A stretch of 64,000 nucleotides of DNA from an uncultured delta proteobacterium (GTDB taxonomy: Bacteria; Myxococcota; Myxococcia; Myxococcales; Anaeromyxobacteraceae), in NCBI GenBank assembly GCA_963828255.1, contig CAWHDZ010000025.1, positions 80,627 through 144,626 of the forward strand, given 5' to 3'. This document shows, piece after piece, positions 21,898 through 30,704 of this stretch. The stretch's first letter is position 1. Each line of letters starts with the position of its first letter. Under the pieces are notes generated by a model. The model saw only the letters and a list, made by a program, of their open reading frames with translations. It ran no database searches and was not told the DNA's origin. Position numbers and translations under genes: made by a program.

Positions 21898-22247
21898 GTG
21901 GGGTCCTCCCTTCCGAGGCTCTCGAGATGGTCGCTCCACAGTTCCTCCGCTCGCTGGATGGCCCTGCGATAGAACCGGGCGTCCGCGGCCTTGTTTCCGC
22001 CCAGAAGGACCACTGCCTCCCTTCGGGGGTCGAACGCGTAGAGGACGCGCAGGGGGCTGCTCCCCCTCTTCGGCCGCAGCTCGCGAAGAGCGAACCTCGA
22101 TCCTCGGATCGCGCTGGAATGCGGCTCTCCCAGGGTGATCCCGTGTTCTGCGAGCATGGACACGACCCGATCCACGGCCCTTCGTTCGCGGTCGTCGAGT
22201 CCGGCGAGCCACGCGTCGAATTCTCCTGTTGCGTTCACGACGGTCAC
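21894..22247 (-). CDS. RelE/HigB-like toxin (Gp49/DUF891 type)
   Basis: EFDAWL...G..LGEPHS...LRELR...RVLYAFDPRREAVVLLGGNK; toxin-first order; GTG start inferred. Confidence 0.87.
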   Translation of the reverse strand: MTVVNATGEFDAWLAGLDDRERRAVDRVVSMLAEHGITLGEPHSSAIRGSRFALRELRPKRGSSPLRVLYAFDPRREAVVLLGGNKAADARFYRRAIQRAEELWSDHLESLGREDPT

Positions 22248-22286
22248 GGCGCCCTTCCGGATGGAAGGGGCTCGACCGCCGACCTG

Positions 22287-22315
22287 AATATACGCTCCAC
22301 GGCATATCGGTTCAA
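22287..22315 (-). promoter_or_regulatory. Sigma70-like promoter of the TA operon
   Basis: Minus strand TTGAAC-17 nt-TATATT, about 40 nt upstream of the toxin start. Confidence 0.7.
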
Positions 22316-22428
22316 TGTCGGCAGCGATCCACGCACGGGGTCCCCCGTGGCATTCCCCGTGCCTCCCAAGGTCCGCGAGGCACCCCATCGGCCCCTTGCT
22401 TCGGCGATTCCGCGGATTAGCTTTCCCG

Positions 22429-24183
22429 GTGCCCTTGGCCTCCCCTTCCCCCTCCCGCCTCTCCTCCGCCCGCCGCCTCCTCCCCCTCCTCGAGATGGAG
22501 TGGAAGGCGCTCGCCGGCGCCACGGTCCTGCTGCTGCTGGGCTCGGCCGCCGCGCTCGCCTATCCGCAGGGCATCCGCATCATCGTGGACGGGGCGCTCG
22601 AGAGCCGCGACATGGGGCGCATCCGCCAGGCAGCCCTGGTCATGGGGGCGCTGGCGGTGGTGCAGGGGCTCGCCGTGGCCGGCCGGGCCTACCTGTTCGC
22701 CCTCGCCGGTGAACGGGGAGTGAAGCGGGTGCGCGAGCAGCTCTTCGACTCGCTGGTGGTCCAGGAGGTGGGCTTCTTCGACGGGCAGCGCACCGGCGAC
22801 CTCACCTCCCGCCTGGCCTCCGACACGGCATCGCTGCAGGGGCTGCTCTCCTCCCAGCTCTCCATGGCGCTGCGGAACGCGGTGCAGGTGGTGGGCGGGA
22901 TGGTTCTCCTCTTCATCACCTCCGCGAAGCTCACCAGCGTGATGCTGCTCGTGGTCCCGGCGGTGGCGTTCGGCGCGGTCTTCTACGGACGTAAAGTCAG
23001 GGCGCTCTCCAAGGGCTACCAGGACGCGCTGGCCGACGCCGGGCACGCGGCGGAGGAGTCGCTCTCGGCCATCCGCACGGTGCGCTCCTTCGCGGCCGAA
23101 CCCGCCGAGATGTCCCGCTACGGCGCGGCCATCGAGGCGAGCTTCCGGCTGGCGCGCACGCGCGTGCGGGCGGCGTCGATCTTCATGGGGGCGGCGTCCA
23201 CGGGGGTCTACCTGGCCATCGCCGTCGTGCTCGGCTACGGCGGGTCGCTGGTGGCGGGGGAGCTCAGCGCCGGCGCGCTCACCGCCTTCCTGGTCTACAC
23301 GCTGCTCATCGCCATGGGGCTCGGCACGCTGGCCGACATCTGGGCCGAGGCCATGAAGGGGCTGGGGGCCGCAGAGCGGGTCTTCGAGCTCTCCTCGCGC
23401 ACGCCTGCGATGCCGGTTTCGGGCGGGCGGCGGCTCGAGCGCGTGAAGGGGCGCGTGTCGTACGAGAAGGTGCGGTTCCGCTACCCCACCCGGCCCGACG
23501 TGGAGGTGCTGCAGGGCATCGACCTCGCCGTGGAGCCCGGGCAGGTGGTGGCGCTGGTGGGTCCGTCGGGGGGCGGCAAGTCCACCATGGGTGCATTGCT
23601 CTCGCGCCTCTACGACCCCACCGAGGGGCGCGTGGCGCTCGACGGCGTGGACCTCCGCGACCTCGACCCGGCCTGGCTGCGGCGGCTCGTGGGGGTGGTC
23701 TCGCAGGAGCCGGTGCTCTTCTCGACGACCATCGGCGACAACGTGCGGTACGGGCGCCCCGAGGCGAGCGACGAGGAGGTCCGCGAGGCCCTGCGGGCGG
23801 CCAGCGCGCTGGGCTTCGTGGAGGGGTTCCCGGATGGGCTCTCCACCAAGGTGGGGGAGCGGGGGCAGCAGCTCTCCGGAGGGCAGAAGCAGCGCATCGC
23901 CATCGCGCGGGCGCTGCTCAAGGACCCGCGCATCCTGCTGCTCGACGAGGCCACCAGCGCGCTCGACGCCGAGAGCGAGGCGCTGGTGCAGGACGCGCTC
24001 ACGAAGCTCATGCGCGGCCGGACCTCGGTGGTCATCGCCCACCGGCTCTCGACGGTGATCGGGGCCGACCGGGTGGTGGTGGTGGACGGGGGCGAGGTGG
24101 CCGAGTCGGGCACGCACGCCGAGCTCCTGGCGCGCGGCGGGGTCTACGCCCGGCTGGTGGAGAAGCAGGTGCTGCGGGGGTAG
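22429..24183 (+). CDS. ABC exporter, fused permease/ATPase (ABCB/MsbA/TAP-like)
   Basis: TM domain; GPSGGGKST, LSGGQKQRIAIARA, LLLDEATSALD; start uncertain. Confidence 0.92.
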   Translation: MPLASPSPSRLSSARRLLPLLEMEWKALAGATVLLLLGSAAALAYPQGIRIIVDGALESRDMGRIRQAALVMGALAVVQGLAVAGRAYLFALAGERGVKRVREQLFDSLVVQEVGFFDGQRTGDLTSRLASDTASLQGLLSSQLSMALRNAVQVVGGMVLLFITSAKLTSVMLLVVPAVAFGAVFYGRKVRALSKGYQDALADAGHAAEESLSAIRTVRSFAAEPAEMSRYGAAIEASFRLARTRVRAASIFMGAASTGVYLAIAVVLGYGGSLVAGELSAGALTAFLVYTLLIAMGLGTLADIWAEAMKGLGAAERVFELSSRTPAMPVSGGRRLERVKGRVSYEKVRFRYPTRPDVEVLQGIDLAVEPGQVVALVGPSGGGKSTMGALLSRLYDPTEGRVALDGVDLRDLDPAWLRRLVGVVSQEPVLFSTTIGDNVRYGRPEASDEEVREALRAASALGFVEGFPDGLSTKVGERGQQLSGGQKQRIAIARALLKDPRILLLDEATSALDAESEALVQDALTKLMRGRTSVVIAHRLSTVIGADRVVVVDGGEVAESGTHAELLARGGVYARLVEKQVLRG

Positions 24184-24194
24184 GCGTGGCGGCG

Positions 24195-24425
24195 CTAGGT
24201 CTTCGGGCGCCGCTTCAGGCGGGCGCCGACGGCGGCGAGCGAGATGGTGCGGCGGGGCGCGAGGGCCTCGGCCTGCTGGATGTTGCGGGCCTCCTGGGAG
24301 AGCGCCTGGCGGAGCGCGTCTCCGATGACCTCGGACATGGTGCAGTCGGTGGCCTTGGCCCTGAGGCGGAGCGCGCGGTGCAGGCGGGGGTCGAGGTACG
24401 CGGTGATGCGTTTCCGTGAGGGCAT
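24195..24425 (-). CDS. CopG/ribbon-helix-helix protein (orphan antitoxin-like)
   Basis: KRITAYLDPRLHRALRLRAKATDCTMSEVIGDALRQAL RHH pattern. Confidence 0.7.
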   Translation of the reverse strand: MPSRKRITAYLDPRLHRALRLRAKATDCTMSEVIGDALRQALSQEARNIQQAEALAPRRTISLAAVGARLKRRPKT

Positions 24426-24533
24426 GGAGAGGTAGCGTGGCGGTTTCGGACGGGGGCGTCAAGGTGCCGGGGAGTCGGCGAGGGGGAGAGGCCGCCCTCG
24501 GACGCGTGCGCGAGCGACAGGACCGCGAGCGCC

Positions 24534-25487
24534 TCAGGCGGCCCCCAGCAGGCGATCGACCGTCTGCGCCGGCCGCTCCAGCAGGTCGAGCCCGGACTCC
24601 ACCCGGCAGGCACGCGCAACGTCCGCGATCCGCCGCAGGACGTCCAGGTGATCCGCTCCGCCCGGGAGACCGTCCACGACGAGGAGGGTGCTCGACTCGA
24701 TGAGCGCCCCCAGGGCGTCGGCGGCCGGGATGGGTTCGATCACCGTGGCGGCTCCCCCGGAAACGTGGGGCAGGAGGAGCAGCGCAGGCGTCGCCATCGA
24801 GGAGCGCTCGCGACCGGGCCACGCCTGGCGTGGGTCGAGCCGGCGCTTCTCACCGGAGGGGAGCAGGCCGGAGAGCAGCGCCCCAATGCGCGGGAAGGCC
24901 GTGGCCGTCCTCGGTGCGACGTGGAACGGGCGCGGCAGCGCCAGGACGGCCTCGTCGCCGCAGCGGGCCGAAAGGAACACCGCATCGTCTCCCAGGTACG
25001 CGCAACCGGCCTCGAGAAGCGCCAGCGTGAGCGTGCTCTTCCCGGCCCCCGCGGGTCCGGCCACCAGGATCCCCCGGCCGTCGGGCGCCACGAGCGCGCC
25101 GGCGTGGAGGTGGAAGAGTCCGTGCCAGCGGAGGGCCAGGACGAGCGCGATGAGGAGGAGCACGTGCGCGAAGAAGTGGCCGTCGCGCAGCGACTGGTCA
25201 GCGACGTCCAGCTCGACGAGCCCGCCGGCGGCGGCGATGCGCGCGCGGGAGTGGCCGTCCCAGACCGTCAGTTCCTCGCCCTCGCCGTGGCAGTCGACGA
25301 TGCCGTGGTAGAAGCGGCGCGGCCCGGCCGGGCGCGGAAGCGACGGGCTCGCCCGCAGCACGACACGCAGGTCGGGAGTCCGGGCCGAATCGTCGATCGG
25401 AAGGGCGCCCAGCAACTCGGCCGCCGCGGCGACCAGGCGTGCGTCGCCCTCCACTGTGAGTACCATCCGGTGGAAGCACAGGCGCAT
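24534..25487 (-). CDS. HPr kinase-related P-loop kinase
   Basis: LHAGAL...GILVAGPAGAGKSTL...YLGDD. Confidence 0.82.
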   Translation of the reverse strand: MRLCFHRMVLTVEGDARLVAAAAELLGALPIDDSARTPDLRVVLRASPSLPRPAGPRRFYHGIVDCHGEGEELTVWDGHSRARIAAAGGLVELDVADQSLRDGHFFAHVLLLIALVLALRWHGLFHLHAGALVAPDGRGILVAGPAGAGKSTLTLALLEAGCAYLGDDAVFLSARCGDEAVLALPRPFHVAPRTATAFPRIGALLSGLLPSGEKRRLDPRQAWPGRERSSMATPALLLLPHVSGGAATVIEPIPAADALGALIESSTLLVVDGLPGGADHLDVLRRIADVARACRVESGLDLLERPAQTVDRLLGAA

Positions 25488-25491
25488 GCGG

Positions 25492-26595
25492 TCAGCGGCC
25501 GGTCAGGAGCGACCAGGCGCCCCGCACGGGTCGCCAGAGGTAGAGAAGGGGAAGGACCGGCGAGGACCGGGGAACCCGGTAGCGGGTCGCCATGTACTCC
25601 CGGGCCGGGAAGAGGATGCGGGCGAAGCCGGCCGGGGATCGACCCTGCCTCGCGAAGACCTCCTCCCAGTGCCGGGCCCGGACTCGAACCGCGTGGCGCC
25701 AGGCGGGGAGGCCGCGGGCCGCCCCTTTCTGCAGCAGGAGGCGCGCGGCCTCGAGCGCCCTCCGGCTCCCGTGGGGAGCCATCCGCGCCTCGACCTCACC
25801 CCAGGTCGCGGCGCCGGAGCCCACGGTCACGGCAAGGTCGCCGAGGAGCCGCGGCACGAACTTCTCCCGCCCCTCGTGGTGGTCGAAGACGTGCAGGCAA
25901 GCGCCGGCTGCGAGGTCAACCGCCGACGGGATTCGCAGGGTGCGCCCCTGCCAGGTCACGGTCCGCGACCGGGTCAGCAATCCCTGGAAGTCGGACCCGC
26001 CCCGCGCCTCGCCGGGCTGCGCGTTGTGCACCTCCAGTGCGACGCCGTGCGGCGTGTACACCAGCGGCGAGTGCACCTTCCCGGGCTCGGCGTGCTCGGC
26101 GCGGGCTCCGTCGTAGCGGAGCTGCGGGTCCCGCTGCCGCGCGCCCAGACCCCGGACGGCGTCGTCGGCGCGCTCGGAATCCCGCTCCCGCACCAGCAGG
26201 TCCACGTCCCCGACGTGCCGCGCCCCGATGTCCGGATAGTGGACCAGGAGCAAGCCCGGGCCCTTCAGCACGATCGATTCGATGCCCGCCTCGGCGAGCC
26301 CGGACTGCACCCTTGCCGCCTCGGACAGCAGGAGCGCGTTTCGCGCCGTCGCGTCGGCATGGGCGTCCTGGAAGGCCGAGCGGGCCGGTTCCGGGATCTC
26401 CTCCTCCAGACCGCGCAGCGACACCGCCGACCACACCGACTCGGCCACCGATCCGGCCCCTGCCAGGGAGAGCGCGCGATCCCAGCTCCGCACGCCGCGC
26501 ATCGCCTCCCGCAGGCCGGGCCGGTCCGATCCCAGCGCGAGTAGCGCCTCGCGGACGAAGCGTCGCTCGGCCTCGCCCAGCGCCGCGAGGTTCAC
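25492..26595 (-). CDS. Nucleotidyltransferase (NTP_transf_5-like)
   Basis: IVLKGPGL..YP...RHVGDVDLLV, VALEVH; GTGA coupling with the upstream gene. Confidence 0.82.
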   Translation of the reverse strand: MNLAALGEAERRFVREALLALGSDRPGLREAMRGVRSWDRALSLAGAGSVAESVWSAVSLRGLEEEIPEPARSAFQDAHADATARNALLLSEAARVQSGLAEAGIESIVLKGPGLLLVHYPDIGARHVGDVDLLVRERDSERADDAVRGLGARQRDPQLRYDGARAEHAEPGKVHSPLVYTPHGVALEVHNAQPGEARGGSDFQGLLTRSRTVTWQGRTLRIPSAVDLAAGACLHVFDHHEGREKFVPRLLGDLAVTVGSGAATWGEVEARMAPHGSRRALEAARLLLQKGAARGLPAWRHAVRVRARHWEEVFARQGRSPAGFARILFPAREYMATRYRVPRSSPVLPLLYLWRPVRGAWSLLTGR

Positions 26596-27323
26596 CCGGC
26601 AGCCTCCGCGACGAGCCCCTCGGCCGCCAGCTCGGCGAGCAGCGCCTCGACGTCCTGCTCGACCACGTCCAGCGAGGGCGCCTCGAAGTCGCGAGCGATG
26701 CGTTCGGCCAGGGCGCGCGCCGACGGCGCGTCCCCGGCGGCGAGCAGCTTCCACACCGCCACGCCGGTTGCGTTCAGCGTGAAGTAGAACTTGCTGCGGA
26801 GGTCGAGCAGCAGCCCCGTCCCGTCCTTCATCTCGGTCAGGATCACGTCGCGGTTCGCCTGGGTGGGCGCCATGGTCGCCTCCGTCTTCGATTCGCCGCT
26901 CCCTCGCGGCGGATAGGCAAGAGCCTCGGCGAATCGCGGCCGGGGATCCGCCGGCTCTCCCACCGGCTCGCCATTCCGTTCTAGCCAGGCGTGGGCCACC
27001 ACCTCGCCCTCCTCGACCCGGACGCCGATCACCAGCCGGACGGGCTCGCCCGCGGCCCGCAGCGAGGCGAAGCCGGCCAGCGAGCGGAAGAGGCAGGTGG
27101 CCGGGCGGCGACGGAGCGCCGCCACGATCCTCCCGGCGTCGCCTCCGGCGCCTCTCGACGGGCCGTCGTCCAGCACATCCAGAAGGTCCAGGACGTGGTG
27201 CCGCCGCAGGAGGTGCGGCATGAGGGCGACCAGCGCGGCCCGGCGAATCCCGGCCCCGGGTGCGCCAGGAGACGGGGGCGCGAGGATCCGGAGGGCGACG
27301 CGCGTGGCGGCGGAGGGCGCCAC
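26592..27323 (-). CDS. Lasso B2-like cysteine peptidase fused to a C-terminal RRE/PqqD domain
   Basis: TCLFRSLA...LVIGV...AHAWLE (transglutaminase-like B2); LLDLRSKFYFTLNATGVAVWKLL...DVEALLAELAAEGLV (PqqD). Confidence 0.85.
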   Translation of the reverse strand: MAPSAATRVALRILAPPSPGAPGAGIRRAALVALMPHLLRRHHVLDLLDVLDDGPSRGAGGDAGRIVAALRRRPATCLFRSLAGFASLRAAGEPVRLVIGVRVEEGEVVAHAWLERNGEPVGEPADPRPRFAEALAYPPRGSGESKTEATMAPTQANRDVILTEMKDGTGLLLDLRSKFYFTLNATGVAVWKLLAAGDAPSARALAERIARDFEAPSLDVVEQDVEALLAELAAEGLVAEAAG

Positions 27324-27326
27324 CTG

Positions 27327-28349
27327 CTACCCCACCACGTTCAGCGCGGCGCGTCCGGCCCGAGGACCGGCGCTCCCGCCGTCCACCCAGTGCGGCTTCC
27401 CCAGGCGGGCCAGGCATCGGTTGCACGGGAAGTCGTCCCAGCCAGGTTTCGCCCCCGGCGCAGCCGCAATGGAGTCGAGCCGTTCCCGCTCCAGCCGGTG
27501 GACGAGGTCGAGGAGGCGGCGGTGCCCGTCGGCGAGGCTCTCCACGGCCAGGTCGGCGACCACGTCCTCGCGGCTGCCCGGGACGCCGGAGTGGTTGCAG
27601 CACAGGTTGAGCATCCCCTGCGCAGTGACGTGGAGCGTCTCGCTGCGGAACGGCTCGCAGAGGTGGAACCGCGAGCCGCGGCGGAATCCCTCGGCGAGGA
27701 GGATCGGGATGTGCAGCAGGGTCGAGAGCCGGTCCACCCGGTCGCGGACGCGGTCGAGCTCAGCCGGGGACAGGTACAGGTCGCGGTCGTCGTAGGCGCC
27801 GGCGGCATGCGTCATCGCGAAGCTCGCCTGCGTCGCCCCCAGCTCGGCGGCATGGAGAGCGGCCTGCTCGATCTCCCCCTGATTCAGCGCGTTCACCGTC
27901 ATCTGGAGGGCGAAGGGAAGCCCCCGGGCGCTGCACGCGGCGATGGCCGACATCGCCTCCCGGTGGCTGCCCTCGCCCCGGATGGCGTCGTGGGTCGCCG
28001 CGGTGGCTCCGTCGACGGAGAAGTCGATGATCGAGAGCGCGTCACGCCGCACCGGCGCCTCCTCGAGGAGGGCGAGGAGTCGATCGAAGCCACGGCCGCT
28101 CGTGACCAGGTGCCAGGTGAACCCGCGCCGGACCACCGCGTCGAGCGCGCCCGCCAGGTGGGGCCAGAGGAGGGGGTCACCGCCCGTGAACCCGGCGTGC
28201 CGGATCCCGTGCAGCTCCGCCGCCTCGCCGATCACCTTCTCGACCACCGCCAGCGAGAGGTCGGCCGGCCGGCTGCCCGGGTCGCGCAGGCAGTGGCGGC
28301 AGGCCAGGCCGCAGCGCTCGGTGACGTGGAATACGATCCAGCGGGACAT
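27327..28349 (-). CDS. Radical SAM enzyme with Cys-containing C-terminal (Twitch/SPASM-like) extension
   Basis: CGLACRHC, FTGGDP, SVDG...HDAIRG; C-terminal LCEPF...NLCC...CNRC. Confidence 0.9.
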   Translation of the reverse strand: MSRWIVFHVTERCGLACRHCLRDPGSRPADLSLAVVEKVIGEAAELHGIRHAGFTGGDPLLWPHLAGALDAVVRRGFTWHLVTSGRGFDRLLALLEEAPVRRDALSIIDFSVDGATAATHDAIRGEGSHREAMSAIAACSARGLPFALQMTVNALNQGEIEQAALHAAELGATQASFAMTHAAGAYDDRDLYLSPAELDRVRDRVDRLSTLLHIPILLAEGFRRGSRFHLCEPFRSETLHVTAQGMLNLCCNHSGVPGSREDVVADLAVESLADGHRRLLDLVHRLERERLDSIAAAPGAKPGWDDFPCNRCLARLGKPHWVDGGSAGPRAGRAALNVVG

Positions 28350-28352
28350 GGC

Positions 28353-30503
28353 TCAGGGGAAGGGCGCGAAGGCGGCGGCGCCGTCCGTGGCCGGGCCGGC
28401 GGTGAGCTGGCGGACCGCCGCGCCGGTGGCGACGTCGACGAGCCACAGGTCCGCGTTTCCCGACCGATAGGAGGTGACGACCATCCGGGCGCCGGTGGGG
28501 TCGAAGGCGGGCTCCCCGTCCACCTGGCTGGTGACGACCCGGATCACGCCCGTGGCGAGGGCCTGGATCACCACCTCGGAGACGGCCGCGCCGGAGGCCC
28601 CACGGGTGAAGGCGATGCCGGCGCCGTCGGGGGTTGCCGCAGGGCGCCCACGGATCCCGGACGCGGTGGTGACCCGGACCGCCGCGCCGCCCGCAGCCGT
28701 GACCTTCCAGACGTCGTAGCTGCCCGTGGCGTCTTTCGAGGAGAAGTAGACCTGCGATCCGTCCGGGGACCAGGCCGGTCCTGCGTTGAAGGTCGTGCCG
28801 TGCGTGAGGTTCACGGGCGTACCTCCGGCGGCGGGGACCACGTAGATGTCGGAGACGTTGGTGACGCCCGGTGCCTGGCCCTCGAAGGCGACCAGCAGGC
28901 CGTCGGGAGAGAACGCCGGCGACGTCGCGGTGAGGTCGCCCACGTCGAGGAGCGAGTCGGACCCCGTCGCGAAGTCGTGGAGGTAGATCTGCATGCGTCC
29001 GCTGGACGCATTCGCGTGGGCCAGCGTCCTGGCCGGTGACCAGGTGGCGAAGAGGTCGTCGGTCGTGCCGTCCGTCAGGCGGGCGAGGCAGGAGCCGTCC
29101 TCCCGCACCACGTGGAGGTCGAAGGCGCCGGTCCCCCTGGACGAGAAGGCGAGCCAGCGGGCCCCGGGGGTCGTGATGGCGCAGGGAGGGAGGACCATGA
29201 CGTCGAGCTCGGCCATGAGCGTGGCTCCGCCATGGCTTGCGGAGAGGGTCGCCGTCACGTCGGTGGCGACGGCCGTCGTCGTCACCGCGAAGGTCGCGCT
29301 GCTGGCGCCGGCGGCCACGGTCACGCTCGCGGGCACGATGGCCGACGCATCACTGGACGTCAGCGTCACCGCCACCCTGGCCGCTGGCGCCGGGCTGGCC
29401 AGCGTCACGGTCCCCGTTGCGCCCGCTCCCCCCTGCACCTTCGCAGGCGACACGCTCAGCGACGAGAGCGCCGGAACCGGGGGCGGCAGCAGGGTGATCG
29501 TCAGGAGCCCCGAGACGCTGTCCCCCACGACGTCCGCCGTGATGTACGCCGTCTCGTCGACGGTCACGCTCGCAGTGGTGACCGCGAAGGTCGCGGTGGT
29601 GGCGCCGGCGGCCACGGTGGCGCTCGCCGGCACCGTGGCCGACGCGTTGCTCGACGACAGGGTTAGCACCGCGCCGCCCGGGGGCGCGGCGTCGGTGAGG
29701 GTCACGGTGGCGGTCGCGCTCCCCCCGCCCTGCACGATCTCCGGCGAGAGGGTCAGCGACTCCAGCTCGGGCGGCGGCGGAGCCACCGTGATGGCGAGGG
29801 TCGCCGTCCGGCTCGCGCCGCCGTAGGTCCCGGTCAGGGTCGCGGCCGTGTCCGACGCGACGGCCGCCGTCGTGACCGCGAAGGTCGCGCTGATGGCGCC
29901 GGCGGCCACGGTCGCGCTCGCCGGCACCGTGGCCGACGCGCTGCTCGACGACAGCGCCACCACCGCCCCCCCGGCGGGTGCCGGCAGGGTGAGCGTCACC
30001 GTTCCGGTCAATCCCGTTCCACCCTCCACGCTCGCCGGAGACACGCCCAGGGACGAGAGCGCCGGTACCGGTGGAGGCTGCGCCGTGATCGCGAGGGACG
30101 CCGTCCGGGCCACGCCGCCGCAGGTTCCGGTGAGGGTCGCGGCCGTGTCCGACGCGACGGCGATCGTCGTGACCACGAAGGTCGCGCTGGAGGCCCCGGC
30201 GGCCACGGTCGCGCTCGCCGGCACCGTGGCCGACGCGCTGCTCGACGACAGCGCCACCACCGCTCCCCCGGCAGGTGCCGGCCCGGTGAGCGTCACCGTT
30301 CCGGTCGCGCCCGTTCCGCCCGACACGCTCGCCGGAGACAGCGTCATCGTGGACAGCGACACGGCCGGCGGATCCGCGACTCCGCCACCGCACCCCAGCC
30401 CGGCCAGGGCGAGAAGCAAGCTCGCGGCCCGCCAGAAGGGTCGAGCGGAACGGCGCGCTTCGGTAGATCGGAAACGCGAACGGAACGGGGCTCGCATGCT
30501 CAC
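28353..30503 (-). CDS. Lipoprotein with four Ig-like repeats and a TolB/PD40 beta-propeller
   Basis: Lipobox LAGLGC; repeats SPASVxGG..TGTVTL..PAPAGG; WSP/FSPDG/WSPDG repeats; start may be ATG 30497. Confidence 0.8.
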   Translation of the reverse strand: MSMRAPFRSRFRSTEARRSARPFWRAASLLLALAGLGCGGGVADPPAVSLSTMTLSPASVSGGTGATGTVTLTGPAPAGGAVVALSSSSASATVPASATVAAGASSATFVVTTIAVASDTAATLTGTCGGVARTASLAITAQPPPVPALSSLGVSPASVEGGTGLTGTVTLTLPAPAGGAVVALSSSSASATVPASATVAAGAISATFAVTTAAVASDTAATLTGTYGGASRTATLAITVAPPPPELESLTLSPEIVQGGGSATATVTLTDAAPPGGAVLTLSSSNASATVPASATVAAGATTATFAVTTASVTVDETAYITADVVGDSVSGLLTITLLPPPVPALSSLSVSPAKVQGGAGATGTVTLASPAPAARVAVTLTSSDASAIVPASVTVAAGASSATFAVTTTAVATDVTATLSASHGGATLMAELDVMVLPPCAITTPGARWLAFSSRGTGAFDLHVVREDGSCLARLTDGTTDDLFATWSPARTLAHANASSGRMQIYLHDFATGSDSLLDVGDLTATSPAFSPDGLLVAFEGQAPGVTNVSDIYVVPAAGGTPVNLTHGTTFNAGPAWSPDGSQVYFSSKDATGSYDVWKVTAAGGAAVRVTTASGIRGRPAATPDGAGIAFTRGASGAAVSEVVIQALATGVIRVVTSQVDGEPAFDPTGARMVVTSYRSGNADLWLVDVATGAAVRQLTAGPATDGAAAFAPFP
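29200..30370 (-). repeat. Four intragenic tandem repeats of about 294-297 bp
   Basis: GGCCACGGT anchor at 29313, 29610, 29904 and 30201; boundaries approximate. Confidence 0.8.
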
Positions 30504-30688
30504 TAGCCGGGGCCAGGCCCGACCATCCCACCCGGTTCCCCGCTTCCACCGGTGAATTGCAGCGTGACCCTCGACACCGAGCGCTTCTTCACGATGCGCG
30601 GGGGCTGGTAGGGCGGGCGCTCGACCCGGGCATCCTTACCGTCCGCCTGTCCCTGCGCCCTCGACTTCCTCGCGTTCTTGCCGTCCAT
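30503..30688 (-). CDS. Putative RiPP precursor peptide (61 aa) with lasso-type leader
   Basis: AAGGA RBS; YQPPRIVKKRSVSRVTL fits YxxPxL-x9-T spacing; Gly/Pro-rich 18-aa core; linked to RRE and B2 genes. Confidence 0.8.
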   Translation of the reverse strand: MDGKNARKSRAQGQADGKDARVERPPYQPPRIVKKRSVSRVTLQFTGGSGEPGGMVGPGPG

Positions 30689-30704
30689 GAAGATCCTTCA
30701 TCCC

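Noticed and set aside
26592..28349. PQQ biosynthesis (pqqD/pqqE)
   Set aside because: No pqqB/pqqC, and the peptide has no ExxxY motif
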